Positions 1 to 14,231 are shown, numbered from the stretch's first letter. The stretch is 64,000 bases of DNA from an uncultured Actinomycetes bacterium (GCA_902826025.1 CADEDH010000002.1:51487-115486); one strand, 5' to 3'. Translations and numbers: made by a program. The notes: generated by a model not told the origin, from the sequence alone.

Positions 1-1198
1 GGGCCCGGGCCCGGGAGTTGTGGTCGGTGGCCCGCCGCAGGCGATGGCGGGTGAACTCCTCCTCGGCGTTGCGGCTCACGGTCTCCAGCAGCTCGCGTTT
101 GGCCCCCCGGGCCGGCACCCGGATCTCCACCCGGGATCCCCGGAGCATCCCGAGCCACTCCTGGTACAGCTCCGGGTCGGACGGCTGCGCCGGCGCCAGC
201 ACCGTCTTGGGCATCCCCTGCACCGGCACCTCGTCGTACAGGCCCTCCAGCACCTTGTCGATCACGCGGCTGGGGTCGAGCTCCTCCACCTTGTCGAGCA
301 CGAAGCTGCGGCGACCGGTGACCCGGCCCCGGCGCACGAAGAACACGAACACCGCCGCTTCCAGATCGTCCTCGGCCAGGCCCACCACGTCGATGTCCTC
401 GTTGCCCTCGGCCACCATCTGCTGGCGCTCGACAGCCTTGTTGACCGTGGCCAGCCGGTCCCGGATCCGGGCCGCCCGCTCGAATTCCAGCTCGTCCGAC
501 GCCACCAGCATCTCGGCCGTGAGCTTGTCGATCACGGGCTGGGTGTCGCCGTCGAGGAAGCGGCACAGGTCCACCACGAGCTGGGCGTAGTCGAGCTTGT
601 CGATCTCGCCCACGCAGGGCCCTGAGCACTTCTCGATGTGGAACAGCAGGCAGGGTTTGCCCAGCTTGACGTGGCGGTCGAACTTGGCGTCGGTGCAGGT
701 GCGGATGGGAAAGGTGCGCAGCAGGTGGTCGAGTGTCTCCCGGATGGCGTAGGCGTGGGCGTAGGGCCCGAAGTAGCGGGTGCCCTTGCGCTTGGTGCCC
801 CGCATCACCCGGGCCCGGGGCCAGGCGTCGTCGAGCGTGACGGCCAGGTAGGGGTAGCTCTTGTCGTCGATCAGGCGGACGTTGAACCGGGGCCGGTGCT
901 CCTTGATCAGGTTGTACTCGAGCATCAGGGCTTCGACGTCGTTGCGGACCTGGATCCATTCGACGCTCTCGGCCGTGGCCACCATCTGGGCGGTGCGGGG
1001 GTGGAGGTTGTACGGGTTCTGGAAGTAGTTCGACAGCCGCTGGCGCAGCGACCGGGCCTTGCCCACGTAGATGACCCGGCCGTCGCGGTCCTTGAACTGG
1101 TAGGAGCCGGGCGCATCGGGGATGGAGCCGGCCGGCGGGCGGGTGATCACCCTTCCGATCCTAATGGCCGGCCGGGTTGGGCCGACGGGACGGGCCAT
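1..1198 (-). CDS. uvrC: Excinuclease ABC subunit C, N-terminal ~400 aa (gene runs off the left edge)
   Basis: Absent from the supplied ORF track because it is edge-truncated. My own minus-strand translation from the ATG at 1198 gives MARPVGPTRPAIRIGRVITRPPAGSIPDAPGSYQFKDRDGRVIYVGKARSLRQRLSNYF (GIY-YIG), later KCSGPCVG and ELEFERAARIRDRL (UVR domain). GGAGG lies 5 nt upstream of the ATG. An alternative GTG start is at 1150. Confidence 0.85.
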   Translation of the reverse strand, partial: MARPVGPTRPAIRIGRVITRPPAGSIPDAPGSYQFKDRDGRVIYVGKARSLRQRLSNYFQNPYNLHPRTAQMVATAESVEWIQVRNDVEALMLEYNLIKEHRPRFNVRLIDDKSYPYLAVTLDDAWPRARVMRGTKRKGTRYFGPYAHAYAIRETLDHLLRTFPIRTCTDAKFDRHVKLGKPCLLFHIEKCSGPCVGEIDKLDYAQLVVDLCRFLDGDTQPVIDKLTAEMLVASDELEFERAARIRDRLATVNKAVERQQMVAEGNEDIDVVGLAEDDLEAAVFVFFVRRGRVTGRRSFVLDKVEELDPSRVIDKVLEGLYDEVPVQGMPKTVLAPAQPSDPELYQEWLGMLRGSRVEIRVPARGAKRELLETVSRNAEEEFTRHRLRRATDHNSRARA

Positions 1199-2012
1199 GG
1201 GCGCCTCCTGTCCCCTCATCGACGTCGTGATCCTCACCTGGAACGACGGCCCTCTGCTGGATGCCGCCATCGCTTCGGTGGTGGCCAGCGAGGGGGTGGA
1301 GGCCAGGATCGTGGTGGTCGACAACGGCAGCGAGCCGCCGGCCGCCGTTCCCGATGGGGTTCACCTGGTCAGCCTGCCCGAGAACCGCGGGGTGGCGGCC
1401 GGGCGCAACGTGGGGATCCGGGCCGGGACAGCCGATCTGGTCTGCCTGCTCGATTCCGACGCCGAGCTCGGCCCCCGGTCGCTGCGCAACCTGGTCGACG
1501 GGCTGGCGGAGGCCGGGGCCGATCTGGCCGTGCCCTGTTTCACCGCCCAGGCCCCCACCGCCAGCGCCGGTGCCGCCCCTGATCTCACCGACAAGGCCCG
1601 CCGCGTGCTGGGCCGCACGGCCGAGTACCGGCCGCTGGGTGCTGAGCCGGTTCCGTTCGGGACGGCGGGCGGCGCCGGGGCCGCCACCGCCCTGCTGCAG
1701 GCCGGGCCCCGCTGGTGGCCGGTCGATTTCGGCATCGGGGCCTGCCAGCTGTTCCGCCGCTCCGCCTGGGAGGCGGTGGGCGGAATCGACGAGAGCTTCT
1801 TCTACGGGCCGGAAGACGTCGACTTCTGCCTGCGGATCAAGCAGGCCGGCGGGCTGGTGGTGCAGATCGCCGGCGATCCGGTCCACCACCCGCCCCGGCG
1901 GATCCACCGGCGCCCGATCAACCGGCGGGGCGTGGCCCACGCCTGGGCCGTGGCCCGTTACTACCACCGCCACCGGGCGTGGCTCCGCTCCTCCCCCACC
2001 GCCCGGCCCTAG
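1197..2012 (+). CDS. Family 2 glycosyltransferase (rhamnosyltransferase-like)
   Basis: DVVILTWNDG...VVVDNGS...LDSDAEL (DXD)...FFYGPEDVDFCLRIKQAGG are typical GT2 motifs. The start is uncertain: the ATG at 1197 shares the CCATGG hexamer with the uvrC start. Confidence 0.75.
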   Translation: MGASCPLIDVVILTWNDGPLLDAAIASVVASEGVEARIVVVDNGSEPPAAVPDGVHLVSLPENRGVAAGRNVGIRAGTADLVCLLDSDAELGPRSLRNLVDGLAEAGADLAVPCFTAQAPTASAGAAPDLTDKARRVLGRTAEYRPLGAEPVPFGTAGGAGAATALLQAGPRWWPVDFGIGACQLFRRSAWEAVGGIDESFFYGPEDVDFCLRIKQAGGLVVQIAGDPVHHPPRRIHRRPINRRGVAHAWAVARYYHRHRAWLRSSPTARP

Positions 2013-2082
2013 CACCTCCACCGGCGAGGTCCCGCCGCCCGAACCGATGGCGCGGTTCTCACGCCACAGGCCGAACTGACGG

Positions 2083-2113
2083 CGCGAAAACCCCGAAATC
2101 CGGGGTTCTCGCG
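2083..2113. terminator. Hairpin between convergent genes (13-bp stem with one mismatch, 5-nt loop, no T-tract)
   Basis: cgcgaaaaccccg-aaatc-cggggttctcgcg, lying between the GT2 stop (2012) and the membrane-protein stop (2143). Confidence 0.4.
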
Positions 2114-2142
2114 ACGCGGAACGGAGTTGGGGCGCGAATTCG

Positions 2143-3375
2143 TTACGCAGTTCGGGCCAGCGCCGGGGGGCCAGCGGTGGTGGTGTCGGCGGTGGTGGTG
2201 TCGGCGGCTCCCAGGCGACCGGCCAACACCGTGGCAACCAGGGCGAGCCCGGCGTTGACCGCCAGGTAGGCGGCGGCCACCGGCCCGGCCCGCCCGGTCA
2301 CGACAGCCGACGCCATCGTCGCCCCGGTCAGCGCCACGGCGCCGCCGGTTCGAAGCACGAGCAGGGACCGGCGCCGGGCCGCCACCTTGAGTCGGGTGAG
2401 ACCCCAGGTGGACACGGTCTGGGCCGCCACCGTGGCCCCGATGAGCAGGAGCACCGCCGGCCCGGGCCAGGCCGACCCCAGCGCCGCCGTCCCCCAGTGG
2501 CCGGGCACGGCGGCCATCGCCGCCACCACGGCCAGGGCGGAGCCTCCGATCGCCACCACGAGGCGGGCCCGGGCTGGGTGACCGGCCAGGATCTGGGTGG
2601 TGAGGGCCATGTTGGCCACCCCGATCGGCCCCAGCAGGGTGATGGCCGCCCGCAGCTCGCCGTACGGCCCCGACGCCATGACCAGGCCGAGCAGGAGTCC
2701 TGCCGCCTGGGTGGCCCCCGACTGGAGGGCGAAGTCAGCCAGGAACAGGCCCCGCCCGACGCCGACGGGCGGGGCACTCCCCTGCTCGCCGCTCGGGACG
2801 GGATCAGCAGCCGCCGGGCGCCGACCGGGTCCCCCGGCGGCGGGGGGCAGGTTGACGAGCGCCGACGCAGCGGCGCCGAGCGTCCAGAGGCCGAGCACGG
2901 CGGTGACGTCGAGGGTCCGGAGCGAACCGATTCCCGGGCCGGCCAGGACGGCGGCGACGACCACCATGGCGGCCACCCACACCGCATCGGACCGTAGGGC
3001 GGCGGCGGCCTCCGCCCGGAGCAGTGCCCGGTAACGGAGGCGGTCCTGGAGCACGGCGGCCACCCCGGCCGCCGCCACCACGGCGGTCCCCGGGGCCCGG
3101 CCGGTGACTCCGGCCCCGGCCACAAGAGCCGAGGCGGTGATCACCGGCAAGGCCGTGGCCCGGCTCGGAGCGGACGAGGCCCATCGGCGGGCCATCTCGG
3201 GCTCCGACCACGCCGCCCGGGCTCCGTTCACCACCACGGACAGACCGAGGAAGGCCAGCATGAACCGGCCGAACCCGGCCGGGGCGACCACCCGGCCGGC
3301 CAGCACCACCGCCGCCAGGTTGGAAGCGGCGTAGAGACCCTGGTCGACCAGCAGCAGCCGGTAGCGGGCCGTCAC
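2143..3375 (-). CDS. Polytopic membrane protein, putative polysaccharide/oligosaccharide flippase (Wzx/MOP-like)
   Basis: 410 aa dominated by hydrophobic Ala/Leu/Val/Gly segments. It is the last gene of a four-gene glycan operon. The GTG at 3375 overlaps the upstream stop (GTGA). The function call is by context only. Confidence 0.5.
   Translation of the reverse strand: MTARYRLLLVDQGLYAASNLAAVVLAGRVVAPAGFGRFMLAFLGLSVVVNGARAAWSEPEMARRWASSAPSRATALPVITASALVAGAGVTGRAPGTAVVAAAGVAAVLQDRLRYRALLRAEAAAALRSDAVWVAAMVVVAAVLAGPGIGSLRTLDVTAVLGLWTLGAAASALVNLPPAAGGPGRRPAAADPVPSGEQGSAPPVGVGRGLFLADFALQSGATQAAGLLLGLVMASGPYGELRAAITLLGPIGVANMALTTQILAGHPARARLVVAIGGSALAVVAAMAAVPGHWGTAALGSAWPGPAVLLLIGATVAAQTVSTWGLTRLKVAARRRSLLVLRTGGAVALTGATMASAVVTGRAGPVAAAYLAVNAGLALVATVLAGRLGAADTTTADTTTAGPPALARTA
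2176..2205. repeat. Perfect 15-nt tandem duplication inside the 3' end of the membrane-protein gene
   Basis: ggtggtggtgtcggc x2, encoding ADTTT-ADTTT on the minus strand. Confidence 0.9.
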
Positions 3376-4202
3376 GCCCCAGACCCCGCCCCGGTGCCCA
3401 GGGCGATTCGGCGGGCGGCCACCAGCCAGCAGCAGGCCGCCGGGTTGCGGGACGGCAGAAGACCGTTCAGCCGACGATCGGCGGCGCAGAAGGCGTCGGC
3501 CAGGCGCCCCGGCCCGATCCGCCGGGTCAGCGGGAGGTAGCCGTAGGTCCGCTCGGCAACGACCTCGAAGCCGTGGTCGGCTAGAAGCTGCCCGAAGTCG
3601 GCGGCCGTCAGCACCGAGTCGGCCGGGTGGCCCAATCGGCGCTTGGCCCGGCGCCACAGCCCGAGCGTGCTCCAGGGTTGGGCATGGATGTTGGCCACCA
3701 GCAGACCGCCGGGAGCCAGGCACTCCCCTATCCGGTCCAGCACGTCGGCCCGGAGCTCGGGCCCGGCGTTGAGGAAGAATCGGAACGCAGTGACCAGGTC
3801 GAACGGCTGACCGAAGCGCATGGTCGAGGCGTCACCCACCACGAAGGCGGCGGCCGGCACCGCAGCCCGGGCGTGAGCCAGCATGTCGTCGGAGATGTCG
3901 ATGGCGGTGGAGCGGGCGGTGCGGGGCTGCAGCCAGGCCAGCACCCGGCCCGAGCCCGACGCCACGTCGAGGTGGTGCATCTGGTCGAGGGGACGGGAGC
4001 TGGCCTCGGCCAACAGGTCGGCCAGGAGGGGCTGTTCCACCGTGGCCCAGTACCGGCCCGGCAGGCGGGCGGTGAAGTCGTCGTGGTAGGCGGCGGCCAG
4101 CGCCGCTCCCACGTGCGACCGCCGGTAGTCGGCCGCTCCCGGCCCGGTGTCGCCAGCGATACCGGTGTCGGTTCGGGAGGGAGTGGCAGATGACGGGTTC
4201 AC
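3372..4202 (-). CDS. Class I SAM-dependent methyltransferase
   Basis: HLDVASGSGRVLAWL (motif I), AIDISDDML, FDLVTAFRFF and LAPGGLLV. The GTG at 4202 overlaps the upstream stop (GTGA). Confidence 0.8.
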   Translation of the reverse strand: MNPSSATPSRTDTGIAGDTGPGAADYRRSHVGAALAAAYHDDFTARLPGRYWATVEQPLLADLLAEASSRPLDQMHHLDVASGSGRVLAWLQPRTARSTAIDISDDMLAHARAAVPAAAFVVGDASTMRFGQPFDLVTAFRFFLNAGPELRADVLDRIGECLAPGGLLVANIHAQPWSTLGLWRRAKRRLGHPADSVLTAADFGQLLADHGFEVVAERTYGYLPLTRRIGPGRLADAFCAADRRLNGLLPSRNPAACCWLVAARRIALGTGAGSGA

Positions 4203-5005
4203 GGCATGTTCCTTTCGAGCAGGCGGGCCAGCGGCACCAGCACCTGGGGTCGACCTTTCCCGCACCAGTCGGCGAAGGCCCGGACGGTGGCCCGGGTATA
4301 GGCCCGGAGGCGGGCCCGGTCGACCGGATGGGCAGCGCGGCCCTCGTAGCCCTGGAGCAGGGCGGCGAACAGATCGGGGCCGAGCCGGATGGTGCGCCCC
4401 ATGGCCACCGGCCGCACGGTGCGGCCCACGAAGTTCGACCCGATCAACGCCAGATCGAGCTCCGGATGGTCGACGTTCAGCGCATCGACGGTCACATATC
4501 CGTTGGGGGAGGGGTCGATCACCACCAGCTCCCCGGTGGGCCCGAACCGCACGTTCGAGTAGCCGAAATCGCCGTGCTGGAGCACGGCGGGTGATACAGC
4601 GCCGTGCTGGAGCACGGCGGGTGACACACCACCGGGCGGCGTCCACCCGGGTCCGAGGGCCCGGGTGAAACGCTCGCTGCGGCGCCCCCGAGGGAACCCG
4701 ACCGTGGGGAGTGCCCGATGGAGGGCACCCAGCGCTGCTCCGGCCTGCTCCACCTGGGCCAGGATCAGTGCCGGGGTGGCCGAGCGGTCGCTCATCAAGT
4801 CGAGCAGGCTCGTGGGGCAATCGACGTACTCGTAGCGAATGGCACCGGCCGCCTCGTCGACGTCGAGGACGGCCGGCACCCGCACGCCCACCGCCGCGCC
4901 GGCCTCGGCCATCAGCCGGGCCTTGGCCGCTTCGGCCGCCAGCTCGGCCGCCGGGTAGTACTTCACGAAATCGACCGGGCTGACGGCAGGGATGGCGACA
5001 GTCAC
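4199..5005 (-). CDS. Protein-kinase-like fold phosphotransferase (aminoglycoside/choline kinase APH family)
   Basis: LQHGDFGYSNV (HGDxxxxN catalytic loop) followed by LVVIDPSP (metal-binding Asp). The GTG at 5005 overlaps the upstream stop (GTGA). Confidence 0.65.
   Translation of the reverse strand: MTVAIPAVSPVDFVKYYPAAELAAEAAKARLMAEAGAAVGVRVPAVLDVDEAAGAIRYEYVDCPTSLLDLMSDRSATPALILAQVEQAGAALGALHRALPTVGFPRGRRSERFTRALGPGWTPPGGVSPAVLQHGAVSPAVLQHGDFGYSNVRFGPTGELVVIDPSPNGYVTVDALNVDHPELDLALIGSNFVGRTVRPVAMGRTIRLGPDLFAALLQGYEGRAAHPVDRARLRAYTRATVRAFADWCGKGRPQVLVPLARLLERNMP
4571..4630. repeat. 30-nt in-frame tandem duplication (28/30 identical)
   Basis: gccgtgctggagcacggcgggtgaNacaNc x2. It encodes VSPAVLQHGA / VSPAVLQHGD on the minus strand, immediately at the HGD catalytic-loop motif of the kinase-like gene. 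Confidence 0.9.
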
Positions 5006-6372
5006 CGGCCGTCCCCTCCCACCACGCCCCGCACGGTGCGCCACAGGATCCGTAGATCGAGGCCCAGCCCCTGGCGGCGCAGGTAGAAGACGTCGTATTG
5101 CAGCTTCTCCAGGGCATCGTGCTCGTCGGCGGCGTAGCCCTGCTTGATCTGGGCCCAGCCGGTGAGGCCCGGCCGCACCAGATGGCGAACGTCGTAGAAG
5201 GCGATCTTGCCCCGGAGTTCCTCCACGTAGTGCGGCTGCTCGGGCCGGGGCCCCACGATCGACAGCTCGCCCCGCAAGACGTTCACCAGCTGGGGCAGCT
5301 CGTCGAGGTGGCTCCGCCGTAGGAGGCGTCCGAAGGGGGTGACGCGGGGGTCGTCCTCGACCGTCCAGGGAGACGCCACGTCGGGCGCCGGGCCGGGCAC
5401 CATCGTGCGGAACTTCCAGATGGTGAAGGGCTCGCCGTCGCGCCCCACCCGGCGCTGGCGGAACAGCAACGGCCCCGGGTTGCCCCACCGGTCACCCAGC
5501 CACACCAGGGGCACGGCGGCGGCCAGAACCGGCAGCCCGATGAGACCCAGCGCCAGGTCGACCACCCGCTTGGCCCGCATGTAGCCCAGGCGGTGGACCT
5601 CCCCGATGTCGAACAGCAGCGACACCCGGGCCAGCTCGGCCACCGGCAGCTTCCCCAGCCAGCCCTCGTAGAACAGGGCCAGCGTCCGCACCCGGACCCC
5701 CTGGCGGTGCAGCTCTGCCACCTGGGCCACGATCCCGTCGTCGGCCTGAGCCGCGGCGTCAAGGACCACCACCGTGGCCGCCGCCGCCCGGGCCGCCTCC
5801 AGCAGCGGGGTGCTGCCGTCGGGCCCGAGCCGGGCCTCGCCCACGGCGAGCGATCCGACGAGCACCGCCGGCAGCTCGGCCCGACGGGTGAGCTCGTACG
5901 ACAGAGCCGCTGGCTCCCCCGGTTGGGCGCTGACCACGAACACGCGATCCCGCTGGCTGCGCCAGGAGGCCATGTCGCCGGCCAGGTTCCATCCCAGTAC
6001 CGACCACAGGGGAACGACCGCCCCCAGCAGGGCCAGTGACGAACGGGGAAGCAGCGGCTGGGCCAGGGCCAGCTGACCCACCGACACGGCGCCGACGGCC
6101 AGGCCGTAGGCGGCAAGGCTCCGGGCCACCACCGCCGGCCGGCGGGGCGGCAACTCGGGCAGACCCAGGCCGTAGCTGGCGGCAGCCAGGGTGGCGGCCA
6201 CCACCACCCACCAGACGAGGCGGGCCGAGCGGAGCAGGCTGTAGGGGTCGGGGGCGACGAGCCGGGCGTGGAACCAGGCGACGCCGACCACGGCCGCCAG
6301 CTGACCCAAGCGAAAGACGGCGCCGGCCAGCCGGCCGGGGCCCGTCGACGGAGGTGCCTGGGTGTCGGTCAC
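5002..6372 (-). CDS. Polyprenyl-phosphate glycosyl-1-phosphate transferase (bacterial sugar transferase, WbaP/CpsE type priming enzyme)
   Basis: The N-terminal half is hydrophobic. The C-terminus reads KRVVDLALGLIGL...LLFRQRRVGRDGEPFTIWKFRTM...DPRVTPFGRLLRRSHLDELPQLVNVLRGELSIVGPRP...RPGLTGWAQI. Confidence 0.85.
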   Translation of the reverse strand: MTDTQAPPSTGPGRLAGAVFRLGQLAAVVGVAWFHARLVAPDPYSLLRSARLVWWVVVAATLAAASYGLGLPELPPRRPAVVARSLAAYGLAVGAVSVGQLALAQPLLPRSSLALLGAVVPLWSVLGWNLAGDMASWRSQRDRVFVVSAQPGEPAALSYELTRRAELPAVLVGSLAVGEARLGPDGSTPLLEAARAAAATVVVLDAAAQADDGIVAQVAELHRQGVRVRTLALFYEGWLGKLPVAELARVSLLFDIGEVHRLGYMRAKRVVDLALGLIGLPVLAAAVPLVWLGDRWGNPGPLLFRQRRVGRDGEPFTIWKFRTMVPGPAPDVASPWTVEDDPRVTPFGRLLRRSHLDELPQLVNVLRGELSIVGPRPEQPHYVEELRGKIAFYDVRHLVRPGLTGWAQIKQGYAADEHDALEKLQYDVFYLRRQGLGLDLRILWRTVRGVVGGDGR

Positions 6373-6522
6373 CCCTTCCGATCGGCAGGCGGCCGGCCCG
6401 GTTCAAGCCTCCGACCGATGAGCGAGACGGTTCCGCCCCGAACGCTCATGTACGGCCACTACGGGCCGAACTGCCTGAGTCAGGAGGCCACCGTCGGTCG
6501 CCCCCGCCAACCCGCCCGAGCG

Positions 6523-6570
6523 CCAACCCGCCTACCCGCCAACCCGCCAACCCGCCAACCCGCCAACCCA
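6523..6570. repeat. Octanucleotide microsatellite, 6 units of CCAACCCG (one variant, CCTACCCG)
   Basis: Read directly from the sequence. It lies in the 300-bp divergent intergenic region between 6372 and 6671. Confidence 0.9.
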
Positions 6571-6670
6571 ACGAGGTGACCGCCGTTGTGCATGCCGTTG
6601 CACTACTCGACACGCAGGCCCCTGCATGGGAGCATGGCCGTGAGCGGGCGGCCGAAGTGAGCTGCGTGTC

Positions 6671-7266
6671 ATGAAGCCCTCCGCCATGCTCAAGCTTTCC
6701 CGCCACCGAGACTCCGTCTCCGGTCGCCTGCGACGATCCCCGGCCGGCCCGGGCGCCGACCTCCGCCCGTCCCTGGAAGACTTCGTGCTCCGGGCCGCCA
6801 ACGAGGCGGCTGAGGCCGACGCCGCCCTGCTGGAGCTCGGCTCGCCCGGACCCCGTCCGAGTCGCCCCGGCCCGGATCGCTATCGCTTCGTCGGGTTACC
6901 TGAGGCCGCTGGGAGTCGCCAGCCGTCGCTGGGCCCGCTCCCGGTGGACGACGAGGTCTACTCGGTGGCGCTCTGCGCCGAAGCTGTGGCCACCTCACCC
7001 GAACCGCAGGGCCTGCTGACCGAGATCAACCGGGTGCTGGTACCGGCCGGACGGCTGTTCCTCACCGCGCCGCTGATCGTGCCCGACGCCTCGGAGGGCT
7101 ACCTGCCGTGGCGGGCCCGGCTGGGGCTCAACTACCTACTCGAGGCGTCGGGGTTCGTGATCGAGGAGATCCAGGCTCTGGAACGGACGCGCAGCTACGG
7201 GGTGGTGGCGGCCAAACGCCAGCGCCCCGGCCACACCCGGTTGACTGCCCAGGCGTTGACCCGCAG

Positions 7267-7270
<4 letters not shown>
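6671..7270 (+). CDS. Methyltransferase-like protein with degenerate SAM-binding motif (possibly decayed)
   Basis: The C-terminal half resembles a class I MTase ([17 protein letters not shown]), but motif I is degenerate ([10 protein letters not shown]). The ORF overlaps the uvrA stop by 4 nt. Confidence 0.4.
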
Positions 7271-10110
<2,840 letters not shown>

Positions 10111-10255
10111 CGCTGCATCCTATCTGCGGGCCAGGAGCGAACGGCCGTTCGTACGCCGGTCGGTCGTGGGCCGATCGACCCGCCACGTGGGCATCGGCCC
10201 CAGCGACCGCCCGCCACCGGTCAACTGGCCGGCCATCGGGCCGACGGGGAGGGCG

Positions 10256-12112
10256 ATGCGCCGCCTTCTGCTCCCCCGCGTGCTGTTGCACCTGCTGGCC
10301 TACGCCGCCGTGCTGGCCGGGGTGGCCGCCCTGGTGCCGCTCGATGCGTCCTTCGGTAGCGACGACGGCGCCTACGGCGGCCAGGTGTGGGCCCTGCGCC
10401 AGGGATCATGGGTGCTGCCCCGGCCTTTGCCCGTGGTCGACGCCGAGCACGAGGGATGGCTCAACGGGGCGATCGTGGCCGAGGGCCCGGTCCCGTACTC
10501 CACCAGCCCGCTCTGGGTGGAGCTTCTGGCGGTGTCGGCCACCCTGGTCCACGGGCCAGGGCCCGGACCGGCCGAGCTGGCCGCCGGACCCACCGACCCG
10601 ACCGACCCGAACTGTGGCGCCAGCGCGCAGAATGCAGCATCAGGCGCCACAGATCCGGCATGCGGGGGAAGCTGGGTCCCGACTGAGCGGGCCGGCGACC
10701 TGGGCCTGGGCCTCCACCTGCCGGGGCTGGTAGCGGCGCTGGCGGCGGCGGCCGCGGCGTGGCGCCTGGCCGGCCGATGGGACCAGCGGGCCGCGCCGGT
10801 GGCCTTCTGGTTGGTGGCTCTGAGCCCGCTGCTGATCGACACGACCACGCTGTGGGCCCATGCCGTGGGCACCGCCTGCGCCGGTTGGGCCACGGTGGCC
10901 GTGGCCGAGCTGTGGTCGCCCGAGCGCTCTCGCCGGCATCGACTGGGGTGGACCGCGGTGCTGGCAGCGGCGCTGGCGGCGGGGGCTGCGGTTCGCACCG
11001 AGGCGGTGTTCTGGACAGTGGCTCTGGTGGCGGCGGCCGTGCTGGCCGACCGGCGCCGGGCCACGCTCGTCTCGGCGTCGATCGGGGCGGTGGCGGCAGC
11101 CGGGGTGTGGGTGGTGAACCGGACGTGGGGGGCGTCGCTCCGCTCCCCCCGGCTCCCCATCGAGACCAGCGTGGAAGCCCTGCGGGACAGCCGGGGCTGG
11201 CTGGCCAGCCGGATCCCGGCCGCCTGGCAGCTCCTCGGCACTTGGCGGGGGCCGGGCTGGGGCCAGGTCCTGTCGTTCGCCGGCATGTTGGTGGCCCTGG
11301 GAGCCGCCGTGGCCCTGTACCGGGCCGGCCAGCACCGACGCCCGCTACCGGCGGCGGCCCTCGTCGCCCTCGCCGTGTCGGCCGGGCTCTACCTGGCCAA
11401 GGCCGTGGTCGATCCCGACGTGGCCATACCCGGCATCGTGGCCGCCTGGCCGGTGGTGGCGGTCGCCCTGGCCGCTGGCGGTGGGCCCGTGCCTGGGAAG
11501 GCCGACGGCCCCGGACACCGGTGGCTGCTGGTGCCGGTGGGGCTGATGACGGCGACGGTGCTGGCCACCCAGTACGAGAGCAGCGGCGGCCTGCAGTGGG
11601 GCGGCCGGTACCTGTCGATGACCTACGTGCCCCTGGCGGCGGCAGCCGCCGTGGCCGTGACGCCGGTTGTGTTCCGGGATCTGGTGTCCGAGGCGGTCAC
11701 CGGCGACACCCCCCGACCCCAGATCCCCGAGGGGGACACCCGCCGTTGGGGCCTCGCCGTGGGGCTGGCCCTGCTGGCCGTGGCGCCCACCCTGTCGGGG
11801 GTGGCGACCAGCCACCGGTTCCACACCACCCACGCCATGATCGTTGACCTCACGACCGACCCCGCCGCCGAGGTGGTGATCACCGATCAGGGGGCTTTGC
11901 CCCGCATCGGCTGGACCGCCCTGCCCACCACGTTCTACCTGGCCGACGCCGACTCGATCGACGCCCTCCTGGCCGCGCTGGCCGACGCCGGTGTCCGCTC
12001 GGTCAACGTGGCCGGACTCACCGCAACCGAGGTCGACGGCGTGGCCGGCTGGCGCCTGGCGTTCACCAACCGCGACCCCCACGGCACCGTCCGCCACCTC
12101 CTGCGCCCCTGA
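10256..12112 (+). CDS. Large polytopic membrane protein, probable GT-C fold glycosyltransferase
   Basis: Starts at the ATG at 10256 (MRRLLLPRVLLHLLAYAAVLAGV = TM1). The first loop is FGSDDGAYGGQ (DDxxY-type motif as in ArnT/PMT-like GT-C enzymes), followed by >10 hydrophobic segments. The upstream part of the 9977 ORF is antisense to uvrA. Confidence 0.55.
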   Translation: MRRLLLPRVLLHLLAYAAVLAGVAALVPLDASFGSDDGAYGGQVWALRQGSWVLPRPLPVVDAEHEGWLNGAIVAEGPVPYSTSPLWVELLAVSATLVHGPGPGPAELAAGPTDPTDPNCGASAQNAASGATDPACGGSWVPTERAGDLGLGLHLPGLVAALAAAAAAWRLAGRWDQRAAPVAFWLVALSPLLIDTTTLWAHAVGTACAGWATVAVAELWSPERSRRHRLGWTAVLAAALAAGAAVRTEAVFWTVALVAAAVLADRRRATLVSASIGAVAAAGVWVVNRTWGASLRSPRLPIETSVEALRDSRGWLASRIPAAWQLLGTWRGPGWGQVLSFAGMLVALGAAVALYRAGQHRRPLPAAALVALAVSAGLYLAKAVVDPDVAIPGIVAAWPVVAVALAAGGGPVPGKADGPGHRWLLVPVGLMTATVLATQYESSGGLQWGGRYLSMTYVPLAAAAAVAVTPVVFRDLVSEAVTGDTPRPQIPEGDTRRWGLAVGLALLAVAPTLSGVATSHRFHTTHAMIVDLTTDPAAEVVITDQGALPRIGWTALPTTFYLADADSIDALLAALADAGVRSVNVAGLTATEVDGVAGWRLAFTNRDPHGTVRHLLRP

Positions 12113-12160
12113 TCTGCGTCACGACCGGGGTTGGCCGTCGGGGCGACCTGAGGGGCGGGG

Positions 12161-14182
<2,022 letters not shown>

Positions 14183-14231
14183 GGAAACCAGCCTACCGAG
14201 GGGGTGTGACAGGCCCGGGACCGGGACTACG

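Noticed and set aside
6036-6674. ORF encoding PTRQPANPPTRQPANP repeats, which might look like a repeat protein
   Set aside because: The peptide repeat is only the translation of the CCAACCCG microsatellite. The rest of the ORF is Arg/Pro/Gly-rich and antisense to the priming transferase gene.
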